DNA of 64,000 nt from Sulfitobacter sp. (GTDB lineage: Bacteria; Pseudomonadota; Alphaproteobacteria; Rhodobacterales; Rhodobacteraceae). The position numbers were made by a program, and so were the translations under genes. The notes below the pieces were generated by a model. The model was not told the DNA's origin. It worked only from the letters and a program-made list of their open reading frames with translations, and ran no database searches. The DNA is taken from NCBI GenBank assembly GCA_049794055.1, contig JBARCL010000128.1, forward strand, positions 5,127 to 69,126, given 5' to 3'. This document shows positions 9,040 through 19,786 of the stretch, one piece after another. Each line of letters opens with the position of its first letter. Within the stretch, counting starts at the first letter, position 1.

Positions 9040-9660
9040 ATGACACCACAAGCCGTCGTATTCGACATCGGCAATGTCCTGATCGAATGGCAACCGGAAC
9101 GCTTTTTCGACAGCATTATCGGCGCCGACCGGCGCCGCGCGATGTTCGCAACGGTTGACCTGCACGCGATGAACGATCGCATCGATCGGGGCGAGGGCTT
9201 TCGCGACGTAATTGCTGAAACCGCGCAGGCGACGCTGGATTGGCATGATGAAATCATGTTGTGGCACGACCGCTGGCTCGACATGGCATCGCCCGCAATC
9301 GATCATTCCGTTCGCCTGATGGCGTCACTCCAATGTCGCGGCGTGCCGGTCTTTTCGCTGACAAACTTCGGTATTCAGACCTATGATCTGGCGGCAACGC
9401 GATACCCTTTTCTGCGTGCGTTCGACCGTGATTTCATCTCGGGTCATCTGGCCGTAATCAAACCGGATGCCACCATCTATTCTGTGCTTGAAGAAACCAG
9501 CGGAATCGCGCCGCAAGCGCTCTTGTTTGCCGACGACCGCCCCGAAAACATCGTCGCTGCGGCCAAACGTGGTTGGCAAACCCATCACTTCACAGGCCCG
9601 CAAGGCTGGGCCGACCGGCTGCTTTCGGCTGGTCTGTTAACCAAGGAAGAGGCACAATGA
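9040..9660 (+). CDS. HAD-superfamily hydrolase (phosphatase-like)
   Basis: VVFDIGNVL motif I, LTN motif II, KPD and FADD motifs; GAGGA RBS. Confidence 0.88.
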   Translation: MTPQAVVFDIGNVLIEWQPERFFDSIIGADRRRAMFATVDLHAMNDRIDRGEGFRDVIAETAQATLDWHDEIMLWHDRWLDMASPAIDHSVRLMASLQCRGVPVFSLTNFGIQTYDLAATRYPFLRAFDRDFISGHLAVIKPDATIYSVLEETSGIAPQALLFADDRPENIVAAAKRGWQTHHFTGPQGWADRLLSAGLLTKEEAQ

Positions 9661-10574
9661 GCATTCCGATAATCCCCTTTGCCGAAGGCGAAGCTTTGCT
9701 GGACTGGGTCGGCCTGACCGATGCCATTGCCAAAGGTCACACCCTGCCCAAAGCCGAGATCGGGGATACGTTCCTCTATCGTGGCAAGGACACCCTCCTC
9801 AGTCGCGCCGCATGGATCGACGGGTTGGGGATGGCTGTCAAAACCGCAACCGTCTTTCCTGAAAATCCCGCCAAGGGCGTACCAATGATCAACGGTGGTT
9901 TGAACCTGTATGCAGACGGCGACGGCACACTGGAAGCCATTGTCGATTTTCACCTTGTGACCAAATGGAAGACCGCGGGCGACAGCCTGTTGGGGGCCCG
10001 CCGCCTTGCCCGCCCAGACAGCCGCAACATTCTGATTGTAGGTGCCGGCAATCAGGGCCGTGCCCTGCATGCCGCCTATTCAGCCGCCTTTCCGCAGGCC
10101 ACATTCACCCTGTGGAACCGCAGCCGCGCAAATGCCGATAAGATGGCGGATGAATTGCCCAACATTACCGTCATCACTGATCTGGAAACCGCCGTTACGC
10201 AGGCCGACATCATCACCAGCGCCACCATGTCCACCGATCCGCTGATCAAGGGAGCATGGTTGCGGCCGGGCCAGCATTTCGATCTGATCGGTGCCTACCG
10301 TCCCGACATGCGCGAGGTTGACGACGCGGCGATCCAGCGGTCCCGCGTTTTTGTTGACAGTTTCGACACCACGATCGGCCATATCGGCGAGATCAACATA
10401 CCGCTGGAGACCGGTGCCATCACCCGTGACCACCTGATTGCCGATTATTACACAATGGACGCATTCAAACGTCAAAGCGCCGATGAAATCACTCTCTTCA
10501 AGAATGGTGGCGGGGCGCATCTTGATCTGATGACCTCGCGCTACATCCTTGACCGGTGGGTCGCGCAGGGATGA
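9657..10574 (+). CDS. Ornithine cyclodeaminase/mu-crystallin family protein
   Basis: KTAGDS, GAGNQG Rossmann motif, ADIITSAT, IGAYRPDMRE, FKNGGGAHLD; ATGA overlap with the HAD gene. Confidence 0.88.
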   Translation: MSIPIIPFAEGEALLDWVGLTDAIAKGHTLPKAEIGDTFLYRGKDTLLSRAAWIDGLGMAVKTATVFPENPAKGVPMINGGLNLYADGDGTLEAIVDFHLVTKWKTAGDSLLGARRLARPDSRNILIVGAGNQGRALHAAYSAAFPQATFTLWNRSRANADKMADELPNITVITDLETAVTQADIITSATMSTDPLIKGAWLRPGQHFDLIGAYRPDMREVDDAAIQRSRVFVDSFDTTIGHIGEINIPLETGAITRDHLIADYYTMDAFKRQSADEITLFKNGGGAHLDLMTSRYILDRWVAQG

Positions 10575-10651
10575 GCCGGCGCGGCGGGCCGCAGCATCCA
10601 TTCAGCCAAGCTGCTGCGCAGTTTGCATATGTGGTTTGACCAGCCCGCCGC

Positions 10652-11893
10652 CTAGGCCGTCACCAAGCCTTCAAGCCGTCGTTCGCGAACTGGCAGGTGG
10701 ACCACGGCGCTGAATGCGCCAATCCCGACGCCAATCCACCACACCGCTGTGTAGCTGCCAAAAGCGTCATACATCCGCCCCCCCAGCCAGACACCCATAA
10801 AGCTGCCCATCTGATGGCTGAAAAAGATGATCCCGTAGAGAGTGCCCATATAGCGCAGCCCGTAGATATGCGCGATCAGACCCGAGGTTAGCGGCACCGT
10901 CGCCAACCAAAGTGACCCCATGGCAACAGAAAACACAATCACTGTCACCGGCGTCATCGGCAGCAGGATAAACAGCCCCGCAACAATGGTGCGGCCTGCA
11001 TAGATGCCGGCCAACAGATACTTCTTCGAATATCGCTTGCCAGCCCAGCCCGCGGCCAATGTACCCGCAATATTCGCCATTCCGATCAATGAAATCGCCA
11101 CAGCACCAAGTGCGGATGTAGTGGTGATGCCAATGTTATGCAGCACGCCACCGGCAAGGATCGGCCCGCACATCTCTGTCACAAATGCCGGAAAATGCGC
11201 GGTGATGAACGCCAGTTGATAGCCGCAGGAAAAGAAGCCCAGAAAGATAAGCGTGTAGGAAGGATCTTTGAACGCCTTGGTAAGGATCTGGCCCAGGCTT
11301 TCTTCCAGCTCTGCCTTGCTGGCCATTGCGGGGGCACGCATCAAGGGTAGTGTCAGGATCAGCGACAAAACCACGATGGCAAAGACAAGGAAGGTGCTCT
11401 GCCACGACAGAAAGGTCAGAAGCCATTCCGCAACAGGGGCACCAAACACCTGACCCGCGCTGCCCGCCGCTGTCACAATCGCAAGTGTCATTGAACGGTT
11501 CTCATCAGTTGCAGCGCGCCCCACGACAGCCAGAATCACGCCAAAACCCGTGCCGGCGATGCCGAATCCCACAAGCCAGGCATAGGCCTGATGTTCAACG
11601 GGTGTGGTCGAATTGGCCGACAGGACCAGCCCGACAGCATAGACAATCGCACCAATGATAATCGCCCGTTTATCCCCGATTTTTTCTGCCAGCGCACCGA
11701 AAACCGGCTGGCCAATGCCCCAAGCAAGGTTCTGGATCGCAATCGCCAACGAAAATTCGGCTCGCAGCCAGTTAAATTCCTCGGCAATCGGAATCTGGAA
11801 GACACCAAATGACGCACGCACGGCAAAACTGACCATAATGATCACGCAGCTGACGATCAGAACCGGCGTAAATATCGGGGTGCGTTGCGGCAT
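10652..11893 (-). CDS. MFS transporter
   Basis: About 12 TM helices; GALAEKIGDKR loop motif; 413 aa. Confidence 0.88.
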   Translation of the reverse strand: MPQRTPIFTPVLIVSCVIIMVSFAVRASFGVFQIPIAEEFNWLRAEFSLAIAIQNLAWGIGQPVFGALAEKIGDKRAIIIGAIVYAVGLVLSANSTTPVEHQAYAWLVGFGIAGTGFGVILAVVGRAATDENRSMTLAIVTAAGSAGQVFGAPVAEWLLTFLSWQSTFLVFAIVVLSLILTLPLMRAPAMASKAELEESLGQILTKAFKDPSYTLIFLGFFSCGYQLAFITAHFPAFVTEMCGPILAGGVLHNIGITTTSALGAVAISLIGMANIAGTLAAGWAGKRYSKKYLLAGIYAGRTIVAGLFILLPMTPVTVIVFSVAMGSLWLATVPLTSGLIAHIYGLRYMGTLYGIIFFSHQMGSFMGVWLGGRMYDAFGSYTAVWWIGVGIGAFSAVVHLPVRERRLEGLVTA

Positions 11894-12028
11894 GATGCTT
11901 TCCTAAGGTTGGTTTTGCCACGTTAGACATATGCAGCCGGCGGTCAAATCAACCCTCGTGATGGCGGGCACACATTTCACGATGACAAGCGCTTTCCAAG
12001 CGGTCAACCTTTGCGTTATGGGGTATGA

Positions 12029-13087
12029 ATGACAAGCTTGCGCGAGACCTATGACAGCATGATTGCCGCCGGCACGCTTCACGCCGATCCGGCGCAGGAA
12101 GCCGTGCTACCGGAATTCGACCGCATCCGCGATGCCCTGTTGATACCCGTAAAAAAGGGGTTGTTCCGCAAAGCCCCTGAACCGCCGAAAGGTCTGTACC
12201 TTTGGGGCGGTGTGGGGCGCGGAAAATCCATGTTGATGGATATGTTTGTTGACCATCTGGACGGAATAGCGGCCCGGCGGGTGCATTTTCACGCGTTCAT
12301 GCAGGAAATACACAGCGCGATGCACGAAGTGCGCAAGACAGGCGTTGATGATGCGATTGCGCCGGTTGCCGCGGATGTGGCCGCGTCTGTCCGATTGCTG
12401 GCGTTTGACGAAATGCAGATTACCGACATTACCGATGCGATGATTGTCGGACGGTTGTTTCAGGCGCTGTTTGCGGCGGGCGTGGTGATCGTAACCACGT
12501 CAAACCGCTTGCCGGACGACCTTTATAAAAACGGGTTGAACCGCGACCTGTTTGTCCCTTTCATCGAGTTGATCAAACAGAAAATGGTGGTGCATGAACT
12601 CGTAAGCCCCAAGGACTATCGCCAAGACCGTCTGGCCGGAACAAAGGTGTATTTTTCACCCGTAAACGCAGCCGCCCGCAGCGCCATGGACACGGTCTGG
12701 CACGACCTTGCCGGTACCGCTGGTGCACCGCTGGTTTTGCGCGTCAAAGGGCGGGATGTTGAAATACCACGCTATCACAATGGCATGGGCCGGGCGCGGT
12801 TTCACGACCTCTGTGGTGCCGCACTGGGCCCCGCTGATTTTCTGGCGCTGGCCGAGGCGGTGCGGGTGTTGCTGCTGGATGACATCCCGGCTTTGGGGCG
12901 CAGCAATTTCAACGAAGCCAAACGTTTTGTAACGCTGATTGATGCCCTATACGAAGCGAAGGTACGGCTGATCTGTTCAGCGGCGGCGCAACCGGAAATG
13001 TTGTACCTTGAAGGCGAAGGCACGTTTGAATTCGAACGCACCGCTTCGCGGCTGCGCGAAATGCAGGCCGAGGGTTGGGGTCTTTAG
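12029..13087 (+). CDS. zapE: Cell division protein ZapE / AFG1-like ATPase
   Basis: GLYLWGGVGRGKS Walker A, FDEMQ Walker B, TSN, RFVTLIDALY, FERTASRL. Confidence 0.92.
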   Translation: MTSLRETYDSMIAAGTLHADPAQEAVLPEFDRIRDALLIPVKKGLFRKAPEPPKGLYLWGGVGRGKSMLMDMFVDHLDGIAARRVHFHAFMQEIHSAMHEVRKTGVDDAIAPVAADVAASVRLLAFDEMQITDITDAMIVGRLFQALFAAGVVIVTTSNRLPDDLYKNGLNRDLFVPFIELIKQKMVVHELVSPKDYRQDRLAGTKVYFSPVNAAARSAMDTVWHDLAGTAGAPLVLRVKGRDVEIPRYHNGMGRARFHDLCGAALGPADFLALAEAVRVLLLDDIPALGRSNFNEAKRFVTLIDALYEAKVRLICSAAAQPEMLYLEGEGTFEFERTASRLREMQAEGWGL

Positions 13088-13290
13088 TTTTCGGTGAGCG
13101 AAACGCTATCTCGCGAGACCTGATCTTGCGGATGATAGGGGGCGTCGGCCATATACAACGACCAAATGCCGCCGATGATGATAGCCAGGCCGGTCAGTAC
13201 AAAAATGACCTGCGCGACGCCGCGATTACGGTCCGTTTCGGCCGGTTTCTGCGCAAATTTTTCCTGTTGGTACATCTTGCTCATCCTCAC
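13084..13290 (-). CDS. Small single-TM hypothetical protein
   Basis: 68 aa with one hydrophobic segment (VIFVLTGLAIIIGGIWSLY); fills the zapE-folC gap; start uncertain. Confidence 0.5.
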   Translation of the reverse strand: MRMSKMYQQEKFAQKPAETDRNRGVAQVIFVLTGLAIIIGGIWSLYMADAPYHPQDQVSRDSVSLTEN

Positions 13291-13380
13291 AGATATCAGC
13301 TGTCACACCGCAAAGGTGCGCCTGAATTTCCGAGGATACTAACCGATTTCCGCGCCTTCGTGCAGCAGAGCTGTTTAAAA

Positions 13381-14655
13381 TTATCCGTTCTGGCGCAAAA
13401 CTGCACCAGCCAGGTAAAGCGAGCCACAGATCAAGACCCGCGCTTGTGGGTCTGATTTGAGTATGCCCCGCAAGGCCGCTTCGACATTTTCTGCCTCGAA
13501 TGCCTCAATGCCCACGGCACGTGCGGCCGTGGCGGTCTCTTCTGCCGATAAGGTGGCCGCTTCGCCGGGGATCGACACCGCATGCAGGCTTTGCACGTGC
13601 GGCGCGACGGGCCGCATATAGCCGGTGACGTCCTTGGTGTTCAGCATGCCACAGATCAGATGGGTCGGCCGGCCACTGCCCTGCGCCAGCACAGCCGCCA
13701 AAGCATGACCTGCCGCCGCATTATGGCCGCCATCAAGCCAGAGCTCGGCGTCGCCTGCGATTTCAACCAAAGGACCGGTTTTCAACCGCTGCATCCGGGC
13801 CGGCCAATAGGCTTGGGTTACTGCCGCTTCGCAGGCCGCTTCGTCGATGCCAAAATGGCGCAAAGCGGCCAAGGCAGCACCGGCATTTTGCACCTGATGT
13901 GCGCCCAGCAAATTGGGCATCGGCAGGTCCAGCAACCCACGTTCGTCTTGATAGACCATACGCCCGGCCTCGACAGCCACATGCCAGTGCTGCCCGTAAG
14001 CGAGCAACGGTGCACCCTTGCGCGCGGCGACCGTTTCGATCACCTCAAGCCCCGCCGCGTCCTGCGGACCAACCACGCAGGGCACGCCCCGCTTGATGAT
14101 ACCGGCTTTTTCACCCGCAATTTCCGCCAGCGTTTCGCCAAGGTATTGCTGATGGTCCAGTGACACCGGCGTAATGATGCTCAGCGCCACCTTGTCGGTG
14201 ACATTGGTTGCATCCAACCGCCCGCCAAGCCCTACTTCAAGCAGGGTGAAATCGGCAGGCGTACGGGCAAAGGCGTGCAAGGCTGCAGCCGTCGTGATCT
14301 CGAAATAGGTGATCATCTTGCCGTCGTTCGCAGCGTAGCATTCATCCAGCAGTGCCGTCAGCGCCTCTTCGTCAATCAGGTGGCCAGCCAGCCGGATCCG
14401 TTCGTGAAAGCGTGCCAGATGCGGCGAGGTATAAGCGTGAACGGTCTTGCCCGCCGCCTCAAGACCCGCGCGTATCATCGCTTGGGTCGATCCCTTGCCG
14501 TTGGTGCCTGCAAGGTGGATAACCGGAGGTAGCATTTCCTGCGGATTGCCCAAAGCCTCAAGCAGGCAGTACATGCGATCCAATGTCAAATCCATGACCT
14601 TTGGGTGCAGCGCCATCATCCGCTCAAGGATGACATCCGATGTTTGCATCGTCAT
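13381..14655 (-). CDS. folC: Folylpolyglutamate synthase/dihydrofolate synthase
   Basis: [38 protein letters not shown]. Confidence 0.96.
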   Translation of the reverse strand: MTMQTSDVILERMMALHPKVMDLTLDRMYCLLEALGNPQEMLPPVIHLAGTNGKGSTQAMIRAGLEAAGKTVHAYTSPHLARFHERIRLAGHLIDEEALTALLDECYAANDGKMITYFEITTAAALHAFARTPADFTLLEVGLGGRLDATNVTDKVALSIITPVSLDHQQYLGETLAEIAGEKAGIIKRGVPCVVGPQDAAGLEVIETVAARKGAPLLAYGQHWHVAVEAGRMVYQDERGLLDLPMPNLLGAHQVQNAGAALAALRHFGIDEAACEAAVTQAYWPARMQRLKTGPLVEIAGDAELWLDGGHNAAAGHALAAVLAQGSGRPTHLICGMLNTKDVTGYMRPVAPHVQSLHAVSIPGEAATLSAEETATAARAVGIEAFEAENVEAALRGILKSDPQARVLICGSLYLAGAVLRQNG

Positions 14656-15599
14656 TTAGCCTTTGAATTCTTAGCGGCTTCAGCTCCAGCCAAGGCGTGA
14701 TCCAACTCGCCGCCCTCCTGCGGTGCGGGCAGATCGCCGCGCACTGCGGGGGGCAGGCCCAGTAACATCCGTGTAATCGTGATCAGCTCCTCGCGCAGTT
14801 CTGTGCGCGGGATAACACGGTCCAACATGCCGTGATCCAGCAGGTATTCCGCCCGCTGAAAACCGTCGGGCAGTTTTTCGCGAATGGTTTGTTCGATAAC
14901 CCGAGGACCAGCAAAACAGATAAGCGCATTAGGTTCCGCAATATGCACGTCACCCAACATGGCGTAGCTCGCCGTCACACCGCCTGTCGTCGGGTGGGTC
15001 AACACAACGATATAGGGCAGATTTGCCTCTTTCAGCATCTGCACGGCAACAGTGGTGCGCGGCATTTGCATCAGCGACAGGATGCCTTCCTGCATGCGCG
15101 CGCCCCCCGCAGCAGAGAACAGGATCAACGGACGCTTTAGTTTCACAGCTTCTTCGGCGGCAGCAATTATGGCATTGCCCACGTACATGCCCATCGACCC
15201 CGCCATAAACGAGAAATCCTGACAGGCGGCAACAATCGGCGTGCGGCCCATTTCACCGGTGGCGACCAGCATCGCTTCGGTTTCACCGGTCGCTTTCTGG
15301 GCTGCTTTCAAACGGTCGGGATATTTCTTTTGATCGCGGAAATGCAGCGGATCGGGGGTGGGTGCCGGCACGGCCACTTCGACAAAGATGCCGCCGTCAA
15401 ACAATGAGGTCAGCCGTTCGCGCGGCCCGATGGGCATATGATGGCCACAGTTGGTGCAGACGTTCAGGTTATCCGAAACCTCGCGGTGAAACAGCATGGT
15501 CCCGCAGTCATCGCATTTGGTCCACAGGTTGTCGGGTGTCTCGCGGCGCGAAAAGATCGAGTTGATCCTTGGGCGGACGTAGTTATTGATCCAGTTCAT
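14652..15599 (-). CDS. accD: Acetyl-CoA carboxylase carboxyltransferase beta subunit
   Basis: C4 zinc finger (CDDC..CTNC), [29 protein letters not shown]. Confidence 0.97.
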   Translation of the reverse strand: MNWINNYVRPRINSIFSRRETPDNLWTKCDDCGTMLFHREVSDNLNVCTNCGHHMPIGPRERLTSLFDGGIFVEVAVPAPTPDPLHFRDQKKYPDRLKAAQKATGETEAMLVATGEMGRTPIVAACQDFSFMAGSMGMYVGNAIIAAAEEAVKLKRPLILFSAAGGARMQEGILSLMQMPRTTVAVQMLKEANLPYIVVLTHPTTGGVTASYAMLGDVHIAEPNALICFAGPRVIEQTIREKLPDGFQRAEYLLDHGMLDRVIPRTELREELITITRMLLGLPPAVRGDLPAPQEGGELDHALAGAEAAKNSKAK

Positions 15600-15665
15600 G
15601 CAACGGTCCCTGATACCTTATACCTTGGTTTGCACTCAGATAAGCGCGCTGTGACGATATTGCAA

Positions 15666-16556
15666 TCAACGCCTGATGGCCACCCGTGCCGCAAGCCACA
15701 ATACAAACATCATCGCGAAATCCACCACCAACCAATCCCGCAGGGCAGCCGTATCCTCCATCCCGAACGGCGTAAGATAGAGCGCCAGACCGGACAGATC
15801 TTCGGGCAGAGAGATGATCACCATCGCCGAAACATTATTCCACAAATGCACGGCGATGGCAGGCCCCAGAGAACCCGACCGTGCCGTCAGATCAGCCATC
15901 AACATGCCGAAAAGCCATGCCCAAACCGCAATCAGCAGCGCATTATCTCCTGCACTCTCCGGCAGGTAATGCCCCAGCGCGAACAGGGCCGAAGGCAGCA
16001 CCATCCAGATCAACGGCGAGCGGAACCGCGCGGCCAGTTGTTGCTGAATGTAGCCGCGAAAAACAATTTCTTCGGCACTGACCTGAATCAGAACAAAGAA
16101 CAACGAGGGCAGCAGCAGCGCCAACCAAGTGGCAATAGGCAGGTTGGGAACAAAATCGCCGCCCATGTCCCAAGGCGGCAGCAGGAGAACCAGCGCCAGA
16201 ACCGACAGTACCGCAAGCGATACCAGCCGGAAGTCACGCCTTAGCAGGGGCAGCGGTCCAAGCAGGCTGAAAAACGAGCGGTCCTGCAAGAGCCGCGCAC
16301 TGATCCCGACGCCGACAGCCATAAAGCCGAAGCTGAACAGCAGAATATACATCGCAAGCGGTGTTTGTCCGGCTTGCAGGTCTTGCAATGCCAAACCACC
16401 AATCCCTTCACAAAAGGCAAAAGCGAATTCCCAATAGAAGGCGTTGGTTATGAAAAAAACAAAAACGGCCACCACCATGCCCACCGCAAAACGCCACAAC
16501 GCGGGATGGTTTCGTGCTGGCTCGATAAACGCTTCATGCGCGCGATACCCAGACAT
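15666..16556 (-). CDS. CPBP (Abi/CAAX type II) intramembrane metalloprotease
   Basis: EEIVFRG, FALGH and HLWNN motifs; multi-TM. Confidence 0.9.
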   Translation of the reverse strand: MSGYRAHEAFIEPARNHPALWRFAVGMVVAVFVFFITNAFYWEFAFAFCEGIGGLALQDLQAGQTPLAMYILLFSFGFMAVGVGISARLLQDRSFFSLLGPLPLLRRDFRLVSLAVLSVLALVLLLPPWDMGGDFVPNLPIATWLALLLPSLFFVLIQVSAEEIVFRGYIQQQLAARFRSPLIWMVLPSALFALGHYLPESAGDNALLIAVWAWLFGMLMADLTARSGSLGPAIAVHLWNNVSAMVIISLPEDLSGLALYLTPFGMEDTAALRDWLVVDFAMMFVLWLAARVAIRR

Positions 16557-19500
16557 CAGGGGTCTTCCGGCGCGGTTGCAGGGGGCGGCGGGCGCATTTC
16601 TCTTGGAATTTCCATGTTAGAGGCGATCAAAAGTTCGGCAGCACCGGTCAAATATCCCGCGACCGTCCGCAACAGGCTAAGCAAAACAACCCTGTCGCTT
16701 TCTATGACAGATCGAAATTGCTCTGCCCCAATCCGCAAAAACCTGACCTCTTCGGCCGCGACCAGATCCAGCTGGCGCGGCTCGTCCAGAATAATCGCCA
16801 AATCGCCGATCAACCGCCCTGGCGTCACATCCGAGACATGGCGCATCTTGCCGTTTTCGTCGACATTCCCCAATTCAGCGAGCCCCGACAGACACAGATA
16901 GACCGCATCCGCCCGTTCCCCTGCCGAGAATATCCGCTGGCCGGCTTCTGCTGTGTACCACTGCGCGGCAAACGCCAGCAAACGCTGGTTGCGCCGGTCA
17001 AGCGAGGCAAACAAATCGTTGCGCGAAATGATCCGCAACTTACGGCGCAGGTCGTCCGAGGCCGAATCCTCCTGATCAAGCTGGTCCACAGTTTCGACAC
17101 CGTCGATCTGGCCGTTGCTGATTTCAACATGCATGTCAAAATCCTGTGGGGCGGCGAAGGTATCGTTGATATAGATTTGCGTGGTCTGCGGCAGCAGAAT
17201 GCTGAGCCTGTCGCGAATGCCGGCCTGCGCCTGGGCATCTTTTCCGACCAGCAATTGGTTCAGAACCAGCACATCTGGGCGTTTGATCACTGCACGGCCA
17301 AAAGCGGCACGCTGTTGGAACGCTGCGGGCAAATTCGAACCGCCAATCGCAGTCGGCACGTCAAACAAGTTCTGTGACACCATCCGTTTCAAATCATGTT
17401 TGGCCACAATATCCGTCACAACATCGCGTACCAGATCGGTCTGCAGCCCCGCGATGGCGGAAAAACGGCCATAGATCAGGTTTTCCAGAATGGTCAGTCT
17501 AGGCAAATAGTTTTCCGGGGCGACTGGTACAAACATATCTGTTGCCTGCTCTCGCAACTGTGGACCGTTGGCCTTTCGAATGCGCAGAATCTCGCGCTTG
17601 AAGCTTTCGGGAAAAGCAGCGCCGATCTGTTCTGCAGTAAAGGCGAAAGGCACCGTTAACAGCAGCGCGAACTCCTCGGTCGAGAGGGCCTGATCACCTT
17701 TGTCGCGACGCCGCTGGGCAATGTCCACGAGCTGTTCATAGAGCGGCTCTTCGATGCCCAGCGCCGTAAACAAGGGATGGTCGGTGCCATCCCTGCCAAA
17801 GGTCCGATGCAACGTCTCGACCAGAGTTTGCGAAATCGCGATGCCTTGTTCGGCCAGCCCCTGATCAATGATCATCGCCAGAAACCCGTGTTCCGCAGCA
17901 AGCCCCAATTGGCTGATGTCACGCCGAGGGGCCGCGAACATCAGATTACTTCCCAAAGGAACAGCGGGGTTGAACTTTTCGGGATCGAAACGGTAGATCG
18001 CTTTATCCAAACCCTCATCAACAAGGCGTTGATGCACCTCACCGCGCAGCGCAACTATGCGGCGGGCCAATTCCGGGTGTTTGTCAGGCTCCATCTGCGC
18101 GTCGAGCATCCGCTCGAAAATTGCATCTGCAGTGCCCAGCGCTTCGGTTATTTCATACCAAAAATCATAGACGCCTTCCGTGCTGCCCAATCCGGCGAGT
18201 TCAGGATCCAGCCAGTCGGCGTGTGTGCTGTCAGGGCTGTTGCCCGAACGCTGCGCTTCATGCGTGGCGCGGTCTTTTTGCTTTGGATCCCAAAGCACCG
18301 TTTTGGGACTGGTTCGCAACGGCATCAGCAAATTGCTGCCGACATCGCCCTGAAACAAATAGGGCTGCGCCTGGGCATAACCGATACGCGCGGCCACCAC
18401 GGCTTGATGCAGGCCGGACAGGTCGTGGCCTGCGATGGTAATCTGGCCACGCGTCGGGTTGATCTCGCGGGTCAGAACCTCGGACAGCAGGGTCCGTTCT
18501 GTCTGGTTGCTCACCTGCAAGGCCACCTTACTGCCTGCCGGAATGTTCAACGTAATATTGCGCAACACCATATCGCCGCTGCTATTGCGCACAGAAACAT
18601 TGTTCAGCGCGATATCCCCGCACAGATGCGGAATGTCATCAGGCGCCCCTTCAAAAAGCGCCGGGTCGATCATGTTGGCGGGCGCAAACCGTTCGGTAAC
18701 GATCTCCCAACGCAGGGCCATGTCCTGCGTTTGATTGTAATAGGCCAGAAGTTCCTTCCATGGGCTGCTCAGGTCTTTGTAAGCGGCCAGCGCCGCAACC
18801 AGTGCGCCAACGGTAATTTCACCCTTGATCGCCAGATAACCGCCCACGGCATAAAAGAAAAACGGGGTTAGTTGGGTGATGAAGTTATTGAGAAACTTCA
18901 TAAAGAATTTCTTTTGATAGATCTTGAAGCGGACTTCGAACAGCCGCCCCAGACGGTCAGTGAAACCCGCCAGCCGATACCGCCAACCGCCATTGGTGCG
19001 CAGATCCGTGATGCCTGCCGCTGTCTCGCCTATCTCCGAGGCAAACTGACGCACCTCGGTGATCCGCTCCTTGTTCAGCAGGTTGATCTGACGCTGCAAC
19101 ATCGGGATCAACCAAGCCTGAACAGGGATCAACGCGACACCGGCCAGCCCGAACCAAACCGATTGCAGGAACAAAAACACTACAATGATCAGCATCTGAC
19201 CCGCCTGAAACACCGGTTGCGCCACCGCGTCGCCCATCAGGCCGCCCATCGGCTCCGCCTCGGACGTGACCATCGAAACCAGTTCCCCCTGAGAGGTGTT
19301 CTGGAAGTAACTGCGCGGAAAACGCATCATCCTGCTGATCAAGTGATACCGGAACCGGCGTAGCAACCGTTCTGCCAGCACACCTTTCATGGTGTTCAAA
19401 CGCATTTTGAGCACCCCGTGCACCAGCACCGCCCCCAGATAGGCAAAGCAAAGCATCATCAGGAACTGGACTTGTCCGACATCGAACCCGAACAGCTTGA

Positions 19501-19657
19501 CCACCTTTGCCTGCGCGCCGATGGCATCGTTGATGATACGCTTGGGCAGTTCCAGTGTCGCGTAGAGGAACGGAAAGGTGACGAGCGTGAAAACCAACAG
19601 CGCTATCTGTTCGCGGCGCGAATACTTCCAGATAAAGGAAAAGATGCTGCGTTCCAT
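16556..19657 (-). CDS. ABC-exporter-like protein: TM domain, degenerate split ATPase domain and C-terminal cNMP-binding domain
   Basis: N-terminal ABC TM1-type helices; NBD scaffold without Walker A/B consensus; C-terminal IFSAGERADAVY..GRLIGDLAIILDEPR cNMP fold. Confidence 0.85.
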   Translation of the reverse strand: MERSIFSFIWKYSRREQIALLVFTLVTFPFLYATLELPKRIINDAIGAQAKVVKLFGFDVGQVQFLMMLCFAYLGAVLVHGVLKMRLNTMKGVLAERLLRRFRYHLISRMMRFPRSYFQNTSQGELVSMVTSEAEPMGGLMGDAVAQPVFQAGQMLIIVVFLFLQSVWFGLAGVALIPVQAWLIPMLQRQINLLNKERITEVRQFASEIGETAAGITDLRTNGGWRYRLAGFTDRLGRLFEVRFKIYQKKFFMKFLNNFITQLTPFFFYAVGGYLAIKGEITVGALVAALAAYKDLSSPWKELLAYYNQTQDMALRWEIVTERFAPANMIDPALFEGAPDDIPHLCGDIALNNVSVRNSSGDMVLRNITLNIPAGSKVALQVSNQTERTLLSEVLTREINPTRGQITIAGHDLSGLHQAVVAARIGYAQAQPYLFQGDVGSNLLMPLRTSPKTVLWDPKQKDRATHEAQRSGNSPDSTHADWLDPELAGLGSTEGVYDFWYEITEALGTADAIFERMLDAQMEPDKHPELARRIVALRGEVHQRLVDEGLDKAIYRFDPEKFNPAVPLGSNLMFAAPRRDISQLGLAAEHGFLAMIIDQGLAEQGIAISQTLVETLHRTFGRDGTDHPLFTALGIEEPLYEQLVDIAQRRRDKGDQALSTEEFALLLTVPFAFTAEQIGAAFPESFKREILRIRKANGPQLREQATDMFVPVAPENYLPRLTILENLIYGRFSAIAGLQTDLVRDVVTDIVAKHDLKRMVSQNLFDVPTAIGGSNLPAAFQQRAAFGRAVIKRPDVLVLNQLLVGKDAQAQAGIRDRLSILLPQTTQIYINDTFAAPQDFDMHVEISNGQIDGVETVDQLDQEDSASDDLRRKLRIISRNDLFASLDRRNQRLLAFAAQWYTAEAGQRIFSAGERADAVYLCLSGLAELGNVDENGKMRHVSDVTPGRLIGDLAIILDEPRQLDLVAAEEVRFLRIGAEQFRSVIESDRVVLLSLLRTVAGYLTGAAELLIASNMEIPREMRPPPPATAPEDP

Positions 19658-19786
19658 AAGGTGTCTTTCGCTGGGGTTCTTTCGTAACTAGGCCTGCCTT
19701 TGAGTCATTACAACATGACCACTTGGCCTTGCAGCACCGCCGCCACCCGACTATTCCGGTAAAAACGACTTTCAGGGAGCCACGCC

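Noticed and set aside
10571..10651. Short ORF overlapping the OCD stop, possibly a remnant of a deleted gene
   Set aside because: Only 22 codons with no recognisable similarity; cannot be distinguished from chance.
17777..18871. 364-aa ORF antisense to the ABC/cNMP gene
   Set aside because: Shadow ORF typical of GC-rich coding DNA; no recognisable motifs.
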